From a virus, in the IMG/VR virus record IMGVR_UViG_3300027795_000039, positions 32,001 to 96,000 of that record: DNA of 64,000 nucleotides; one strand, written 5' to 3'. Within the stretch, counting starts at the first letter, position 1. Every line of letters starts with the position of its first letter. A program made the position numbers and the translations under genes. The notes beneath the pieces were generated by a model that was given only the letters and a program-made list of their open reading frames with translations, did not search any database and was not told where the DNA came from. Below, piece by piece: positions 20,048 through 27,700 of the stretch.

Positions 20048-20632
20048 ATGGGGTATGACATCGACTTCGATGGGCAGGTTACCGTCACCCCGCCGCTTAA
20101 TGCGGCGGAGGTGGCGTTTCTGAAGCGATTTGCTAAGACACGTCATTGTGCGTGTCAATCGAGTAAGTGGGTCGCTGATGAAACGCTTTACTGTCCACCA
20201 GACAGACGTACTTATTGTACAGCTTCACACCTTGATAATCCCGGTTACTACTGTAAGTGGGAACCAAGTGATGATGGTACCACTATCCAGTGGAATGAGC
20301 AAGAAAAATTCGATGATGGTGAAGAATGGATGCAATTCCTCATCGAGGAATTTCTCAAACCAAACGCAAACATCTTTACCACGTTGATTCCAGTTATCAA
20401 CGGTGTGGCGGTTACTGACGCTCACCTTATCTTTGAGATAAGCGGCCACGTTCTCAATGGTGTCATCGACGCGCAGGGTGAAGAACCGGATGACCGGTGG
20501 AAGCTTGTGGTAAAAGACAACGTGGTTACGGTAGTGGAACCCACAGTTACCTGGCCTGTTGATGATGAGCCGGTAATCGTGAAGAGCTACGTGGTCGCCG
20601 GTGAAATCGAGAGTGGTGACGTGAAGTCATGA
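20048..20632 (+). CDS. Hypothetical phage protein
   Basis: GGAGG site; MGYxxDFxG...PGYYCKW...EKF; overlaps the next gene (ATGA). Confidence 0.75.
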   Translation: MGYDIDFDGQVTVTPPLNAAEVAFLKRFAKTRHCACQSSKWVADETLYCPPDRRTYCTASHLDNPGYYCKWEPSDDGTTIQWNEQEKFDDGEEWMQFLIEEFLKPNANIFTTLIPVINGVAVTDAHLIFEISGHVLNGVIDAQGEEPDDRWKLVVKDNVVTVVEPTVTWPVDDEPVIVKSYVVAGEIESGDVKS

Positions 20633-21054
20633 GCGATAGCAACTGGTCATACGACCCACGAGATGATATCGCAAATCTGCTGAGCGAGCTTCGGCCGCTG
20701 TGGGAATCACGTAAGCTTGGTCCAGCAGCTGCACATTATGAAGCCATCATCGAGGGACTCGGACAAGCTCGACTACTCACGATGGGTGAGTGGCAGGCTG
20801 CTGTCGACGAGGCATTGCCACAGCCAGTTACCCAGCATGAAGATCGCTGGAAGACGATGCAGACTGCGCGACGAAGCGTGTATGAACTCGCGGTGCAGTT
20901 CGCGATGCTGCAAGAGGGTAAGGCACGTGGTAGCGCTGATGCTCTCGAGCTTAAACACGACGATTACGCGAGGTTCTTCGCGGGGCAATACTCGGCGTGG
21001 GGTATTGCGCGATCTTACCTCGAGGCTGGGCTCAAAGAAAACGACAAGGACTGA
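20629..21054 (+). CDS. Hypothetical protein
   Basis: ATGA coupling with the upstream gene. Confidence 0.65.
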   Translation: MSDSNWSYDPRDDIANLLSELRPLWESRKLGPAAAHYEAIIEGLGQARLLTMGEWQAAVDEALPQPVTQHEDRWKTMQTARRSVYELAVQFAMLQEGKARGSADALELKHDDYARFFAGQYSAWGIARSYLEAGLKENDKD

Positions 21055-21062
21055 GGAGAATC

Positions 21063-21455
21063 ATGGCGAAGATGAGCAGCGCTAAGTTGCTTGAGGCATT
21101 CAAGGAAATGACCGTGCTCGAGTTGTCCGAGTTCGTGAAAACATTCGAGGAGACATTCGAGGTGAAAGCCGCGGTACCGATGGTTTCCACGGATGGTGGT
21201 GGTACTGGTCCAACCATACCTGTCATCGTGGAAGATGAGGAGCCAGACGAGTTTGATGTTATCATCGAAGCTGCTGGTAGCACTAAGATCCAGGTCATCA
21301 AAGAGGTGCGTGTTCTTACCAAGCTCGGGCTGAAGGAGGCCAAGGACCTGGTGGACGGGGCACCGAAGGTGGTACTGGAAGCTGTTAATAAGGAAACCAT
21401 GGAGAAGGCGAAGGCTTCTCTCGAGAGTGCTGGTGCCACCATCACGGTTAAGTAA
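21063..21455 (+). CDS. rplL: 50S ribosomal protein L7/L12 (bL12)
   Basis: [32 protein letters not shown]...KIQVIKEVR...[15 protein letters not shown]...[11 protein letters not shown]; GAGGAG site. Confidence 0.95.
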   Translation: MAKMSSAKLLEAFKEMTVLELSEFVKTFEETFEVKAAVPMVSTDGGGTGPTIPVIVEDEEPDEFDVIIEAAGSTKIQVIKEVRVLTKLGLKEAKDLVDGAPKVVLEAVNKETMEKAKASLESAGATITVK

Positions 21456-21476
21456 CTAACTCAGGAGAATCAACAC

Positions 21477-22091
21477 GTGATTGCTCAGATTACCGCTCCG
21501 ATCATCATCGGAACTGCGTTGTTGAGTGGTATGGCAGCGCAGCCATCATCACCAAGACTATCGCCGATTCCACAAAAAGCGATAACAGAAGGTGAGGCAT
21601 ACACAGCCACAGGTCAGATCCGGCCAGCGGATAACGCACACTGGTGCTTGACTGCAGACAGTAGCACGGGGAATAATACCCCACTATACGTGCTACCGTG
21701 CATTAAAGGATCATCGCTGCAGACCTGGTTCATGTACCGAATTCCACAGTCTGGTGGAATTAACCTGGAGGCGTACCCGGACGCGATCGTGGGGCAACGC
21801 GGATCATCGCATAACGCGGTGATCATCAACAACGGTCCGAACCCTACACCGAGTAACACAACCACTCTCGTGTACTTCACACCATATGAGAAGGGATGGC
21901 TTCTCGACGTTAAGAAGGGGAAGCTGCTCTGGTTCCTGACGATTCCATCACACCTGGTGGCTAGGAAGATGTACACCGTGCAGTGGAGCTCGGTAACAAG
22001 TAACAATAAGAAGAGCGTGGAGTGGCTGCTACCAGATTGGCAAGACCTGGATACTGAACCAGTAGTTCCAGGTGCTGGTAAGACGAAGTAA
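21477..22091 (+). CDS. Secreted protein with a ricin B lectin-like domain
   Basis: Signal-peptide-like N-terminus; CLT...LYVLPC...LQTW. Confidence 0.55.
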   Translation: MIAQITAPIIIGTALLSGMAAQPSSPRLSPIPQKAITEGEAYTATGQIRPADNAHWCLTADSSTGNNTPLYVLPCIKGSSLQTWFMYRIPQSGGINLEAYPDAIVGQRGSSHNAVIINNGPNPTPSNTTTLVYFTPYEKGWLLDVKKGKLLWFLTIPSHLVARKMYTVQWSSVTSNNKKSVEWLLPDWQDLDTEPVVPGAGKTK

Positions 22092-22507
22092 TGGATGAAC
22101 GACCAGAAGAGGCATTCAACTCTTCATGCATGCGACACGACATGGATGCCGCGAAGTGGGCGTTGCGACGGGAGCGGTACTTGCGATCGATGATGTCGGA
22201 TGTTAGCTACCTCATCGGTAACAACGCCGCTTGAGGAGATGCGTGGTTCGAGGAGTGTCAGCAGGAACGGCGGTGGCTGGGAGCGGAGGCTAAGATGATG
22301 ATGTGTGCTTACCGTGGTGAATTGTAAATGTGAGAAGGGATTACTATGACAACACCGATTGAGGCAGTGCAGGTGATACTTGCGCAAGCGCGTGGACTTC
22401 AGATGGCGATTGACGAAGCTAGAACAAACGGTTGCTCATGCAGTCCATGTGAGACACTGCGTGGTATGGCGATGACCATGGATACTACTGAGTCGTAGTA
22501 CGTAATA

Positions 22508-23836
22508 TTACACGTCATTATCTGGCATAACAACACTTAGGTTTACTGTTCCGTCTGCATCCACACTATCTACACGATACGTGGTTCCTCGAGGGAGGAT
22601 ATGCTCCTGTACTCCCTTATCACCGTTTACCATGTTGTACCCACGTGGTATGGTAATTTTCATCACGCGAGGAGTACCAGGTGTTATTTTCAAATCAACG
22701 AGTGGTGATTCAGTTTGCCCAGGCTGCAGTTGACCAGCGCGCGCGTAAGCAAAATTAGTCGCTTCTTCTTTGCTTTCAGTCGTTGATCCAAATGCTTTGT
22801 CGGTGAATTTCATACCTGGTTTAAGCTCAAAATCAGCGGGAGCTGACATTCCACGATACACCGTGGTATCTTGTCGTGCCCAGCTTTTAGCGATTGCACT
22901 ATCTAGGATCCCGATGTCACCGCTTACACCAGACAGATATGAACCGTCACCTCGTCGCAGTGCAGGGTTAAAGTAATCAGCGCCACCACTACGTGGTCTT
23001 TCGTAATCCTTTAGTAGGTACTTTTCTGGGTTTGATAGCTTACCAAATGGTGCATCTGGGTTATCTGCAACGCGTTTTGGCTCAGACAACGTCATTCGCT
23101 TAGACGCACCAGGACCAGGGATACCATCATATTTAATACTATTAGATAGTTTAAATGCTTGAGATCTTCTCAAACCAATCGGTGTATCTTTGTTGTTAAC
23201 GTGCCACGCTTGAGAAGCCAAATACAGATGATGATATGCCAGCGTTGGTGAACTATTATTAAGCGCTTCTTCTGCCTTAGGCAAGTGCTTACCGACAATT
23301 TTTTGCTCATCTTCTGGCAAGCTAGTGAATTGTTGTTGAATAGCTGGATCATTACTCAAAATTGAGAAGTGATCTGGTTCCACTTTATCGCTAACGACAT
23401 CTTCAACGTGATTAGCTGGTGTACCAATCGTTTTCTTTGGTGGTTTTACACCATCTTCACGTTGTGTTTTACCAGAATTAAAGTGACCTGCCAATGTTCT
23501 AACAGCAGTTTCACGGTCTTTATGAGATGAGGTATGACCATCTGAGTGTGTGGCCGTGTATTTACCGGTAATACCGCGGTCAACGCGACCAACACTGTAA
23601 CCAGACGGTTTATGTACCACGGTGCCATCACGTTTTACTGACAGATCGGCTGTTTTTAGCTTATCTGGTTTATCACCACAAGGAGGACGCACGCAGATGA
23701 AGCCGTGGATATACCCTTCAGCACCAACCTTAATGACATCTGGTATCACTGACATAAGTGGCATCAGTCGCTCAAACGCACGTTCATCTACCTGGCGCTT
23801 GGCGTCAGATAGATTACTGAACAGCGAAGCGATCAT
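22508..23836 (-). CDS. Tagged VIP2-like ADP-ribosyltransferase effector
   Basis: Same N-terminus and tag as 12908-14266; NPALRRG, VYRG, GSTT and QEHILPRG motifs. Confidence 0.82.
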   Translation of the reverse strand: MIASLFSNLSDAKRQVDERAFERLMPLMSVIPDVIKVGAEGYIHGFICVRPPCGDKPDKLKTADLSVKRDGTVVHKPSGYSVGRVDRGITGKYTATHSDGHTSSHKDRETAVRTLAGHFNSGKTQREDGVKPPKKTIGTPANHVEDVVSDKVEPDHFSILSNDPAIQQQFTSLPEDEQKIVGKHLPKAEEALNNSSPTLAYHHLYLASQAWHVNNKDTPIGLRRSQAFKLSNSIKYDGIPGPGASKRMTLSEPKRVADNPDAPFGKLSNPEKYLLKDYERPRSGGADYFNPALRRGDGSYLSGVSGDIGILDSAIAKSWARQDTTVYRGMSAPADFELKPGMKFTDKAFGSTTESKEEATNFAYARAGQLQPGQTESPLVDLKITPGTPRVMKITIPRGYNMVNGDKGVQEHILPRGTTYRVDSVDADGTVNLSVVMPDNDV

Positions 23837-23842
23837 GATGCC

Positions 23843-24640
23843 TCAATTATTCATGCCGATGTTGAGCGCCTGGTGGAGAGTGGGGATGAAGGAGTTGTTG
23901 TCGATGGAAGCGTGGGTGATGCGATGAGTACGATAACCTTTTTCAAGATGATATGTATCGCGTTTTGCATCATGTACCCGAGCCGAATGAGCGGTGTGAG
24001 CTAGACCATCGATTTCGATGTCTAGATTACATGATGGAATAAACAAATCTATTTCGTGACCGGTATCGATGTAATGTGGATCATATTCGATACCAATTTC
24101 ATCTAGATATGTCGCTACAATTGACTCATACGGATACAGTGGTGTATTTTTAAGCAATTGAAGCATGCGTTGCTTCGCTTGCTCACGATGCCCTTCACGA
24201 TCCCAGTGATACAACGGTTGATTAGGATCATCCCAGAGTCGGCGAGCGATTTCTGCTTGTTTTTCACGCTCTGCTGGGTCTTCGTACCGTTTGATCATCA
24301 TCTGACGCTGCGGTTCACGCATCTCAGGATTATTACGGTAGCTTTCTCGACCTTTCGCCTGAGCTGCACGAAATGTTTCAGTTTCACGGAACCGTCGTTG
24401 CGCCTCGTGCCATGCTTCTGATTTATTCGCGCCGTTAGAACCTTGTTTTTGGACTTCAACACCGGCATTAACGAGCAATTCTCGTGCTCTCCAATATTGG
24501 ATATCGTACAGCTCACCGAGCCTGCTTAGACTACCAGTGCGTTCATAATCAGCTTGAAGCTGTTCTCTACTAAGAGCAGACGCCGCCAGAAAATTTTGTT
24601 CGATTTCCTGGCGGCGCTGCTTACCACGATTATTTCCCAA
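23843..24640 (-). CDS. Free-standing DUF559/Vsr-like (EDxHD-type) endonuclease
   Basis: IDLF...IEIDGLAH...HDAKRD...GYRTHRI; paralog of the intron ORF 27253-28068; upstream TTTCCA-N17-TATAAT. Confidence 0.78.
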   Translation of the reverse strand: MGNNRGKQRRQEIEQNFLAASALSREQLQADYERTGSLSRLGELYDIQYWRARELLVNAGVEVQKQGSNGANKSEAWHEAQRRFRETETFRAAQAKGRESYRNNPEMREPQRQMMIKRYEDPAEREKQAEIARRLWDDPNQPLYHWDREGHREQAKQRMLQLLKNTPLYPYESIVATYLDEIGIEYDPHYIDTGHEIDLFIPSCNLDIEIDGLAHTAHSARVHDAKRDTYHLEKGYRTHRITHASIDNNSFIPTLHQALNIGMNN

Positions 24641-24716
24641 TTAACTGGACTCTTGTGGGATAATTTGGCTCACCAAATTATTATACCATAGAGAAATGTC
24701 ATTGGAAAATAATATA

Positions 24717-27700
24717 TTATGAGTATGGCGTGGTGTCCGATACTTGACAGTAAACTTTGTTACCAGTAAAATACTGGGCTAAGTCGTTTCCGCTTAGCTC
24801 TACGTGTTTCCACGCAGCTCAGACTCTCTCTTCATCTCGTTACACGAGAGCATCGTACATAGTCGTTGAACCTTCCCATCGCTTTCGCAGGTGGGCTCGG
24901 CTGCTGATTTTCCCTACTACCAGCTTCTCAAACCATCACGCTCATGTTTTCACATCACGTTGTGGTGCTGATATTTAATGGGAGGTTCCAGCAATTCTCG
25001 ATGTTATTGCCCGTTTCTCGCGAAACGGCGACCCTCACATTGTCGAAAGGCCTTGTAGAATTCCGGAGTAGAATGGCGCGTAGCTGACGAGCGCTCCATA
25101 GCAAGCTGTTACTACATGATTACTCATGCGACCAGATCGTTTCCGTCTGGTTCTCATGATTTACCATCTCATGAGATCGGACTGTCTCTTGATCTGCGAT
25201 ATTAACCACGTAATGCCTCGTAGCTGATATCATAACACAGATCCGGTACATACAGTCTCTGCACGCTGGTAGGCATTACCAACGCTCAGGATTCCCTATT
25301 ATAATGCAGGTAGGGTTCCCTGAACAGTACCGATTCACTTATTCTGTTACCAGAATAGTGCCCCTAATAAACGAGGAACAATGAATATCGGAAGGACGCG
25401 TCAATTACAGGCCACGCGATACTAACATAATCCTGGACGCCTTTTTGTTACTTAATTGAGCCATTATAGCTGCAATTAGAATTGGTCATTTCTGCCAATT
25501 TCTTACTATCTCCAGTAAGAACAGAGCACATCTTCATCCTGTTTCCAGGAGCCACGTGCATGCTCGTTGAACCTTCTCGTCATCATATGATAGGCGAGCT
25601 CGGCTGCTGATTTTCTCTGTCATTAGTTTCTCAAACCATCACGCTCGGTTTTTCAACTCACGTTGTGGTACTAATGCTTACCGAGATGTTCCAGCAATTC
25701 TCGTGGTTTATCATTACTCGTTACCGAGTATGGACCCGCTAATTCAGGTCATTTCCCAGGCATTCAGTATTGTTAAGTGCATATTAATACGCACTGCTTA
25801 GTCATTTCTGCTAAGCTCTGCATGTCTCCATGCAGCTCAGCCCATATCTTCATCCGTAAAGGACGCACCGTACATGGTCGTTGAACCTTCCTGTCGCTTT
25901 TTAAAGCAGGCAGGCTCGGCTGCTGATTGCCCCTGCTAACGCATTCTCAGGCATTCGCGTTTGCATTTTCATGCTACGCTGTAGCTGCGTTAGGTGGTAC
26001 GGGTTTTCCAGCAATTCTCGGTGTTTTCACTCACTCGTTACCGAGTGAGGCGCCAATTTTTACTTAGCGACGTTCGTCCACGTCTGCGGCAACTGATACG
26101 TTTGCAGCAGTGCGGTGCCTTGCGTAAGCCACGGGTGAACGACGAGGTTAAGGATAGACCGGGTAATCGGGTTCTGGAACTGCGAAACCGCCGCACCGAT
26201 CTTAACGCCACCAACATCAGGCTGGTCAAGGAACAGCCGGTAGTTCGTGGCTGCACCCTGGCTGATGATGTCGGTGGAGAGGCGCATGAGGTCGCCACCG
26301 TCGCCGACGATTTCCGCCGGGTCAGCACGGAACGCGCCTGGGTTGGTGAAGACGGATTCCCACAGTCCATCCAGCGCCTGGTAAATCGCGTTGTAGGAGA
26401 GATGGGTGCCGACATTCGGGTTGTAGTAGCCACCCTGCCACCCGGATGGGTAGACACTGGAGGTGGCTGACTTACCGGTCAGCGTCGGGATGATGCCTTC
26501 CATCCTGGTGTTCGCGCCGGTGCCAGTGTCGGTCGTCGGAGCGGTGGTGCCGATGGTTGGAATCGCACCCTGGAGCGTATAACGGACACCACCAACACCG
26601 GTGGCCATGCGGTACTGGTTACCCGCGCCCGTGGTGGTGCTGGCATAGATGTTGTACTGCAGCCCCGCATTGACGTATGGGATGGTAACGTCAACAACGC
26701 TACCAGTCGTCAGGGTGATGGAGCTGTTGGCGCTGCTGGCAGCCGTTTCGCCGTAGTAGTTCGTGGCGGTGACAGTGACGTACAGCGTGCCTGAGGTTGG
26801 AGAGAGTGGAGTTTCATTGGAACCTGCGGTACGAAGAGTGCAGGTTGGAGCGGATGGAGTTGTTAGCTTGACGCTGGAGTGGGAGAGCATTGCATATTCT
26901 TCGCCCCATTTTGTTACTCATCACTTACGTGATGGGGCACGTTATTTCTACGTGCCTCTGCAGGTTTACCATACCAGCAGTTCGGACTGTCTCTTAATCC
27001 GTGGCTAATCATGCATGTCGCTTCACATAAATTATCCGTAGCGGATTCGGTACATACAGTCTCTGCACACCATAAAGCGTTATGGTGCTCACGATTCCCC
27101 AGTAACATGGTGGGGTTCCCTGAACAGTACCATACATCTACACAATTACTTGCGTAGCGGACCAGCGATGATCATCATCTCTTGCAAGAGAATCAGGGAT
27201 GCCAATGCACTTACATCTTCGAACGGAGTTGTTACTTCCTAATAACTGAGAGTTATTTACTCTCATTGTCATCATCAGGAGAGCAGGTCATTTCTGCCTG
27301 CTTCTGCATTTTTTCCATCAATGCAGACCGGACTATATCATCGTCACTTTTTCGTCTACCAACTTGTGCCGACCGTAGAAGTCCATACGTACGTTGAGGT
27401 GAGCGAATTGTACATTCTGGGTTTTCTTCCGCTGGAATGCTGAGTGATCTAACACATTCATCCGCATGAGCGAATATGTCTTCAGCTGCGAATCTTACAA
27501 TTTCTATCCCAGAATCACGTATCTCTCGTGATCGCTTTACGTTGTACTCTTCCATAACACGATCTGGCTTAGCATCAATTTCGATAGCGAGAAGCCGGTC
27601 ATGAAGAAGTACATCAACGTAGTATTTACCACGTAGTACGATGGCATTTGAGGTAAATGAAACTGACGCTCGTTTAAGAGCATCTTGCAATTCAGCTTCA

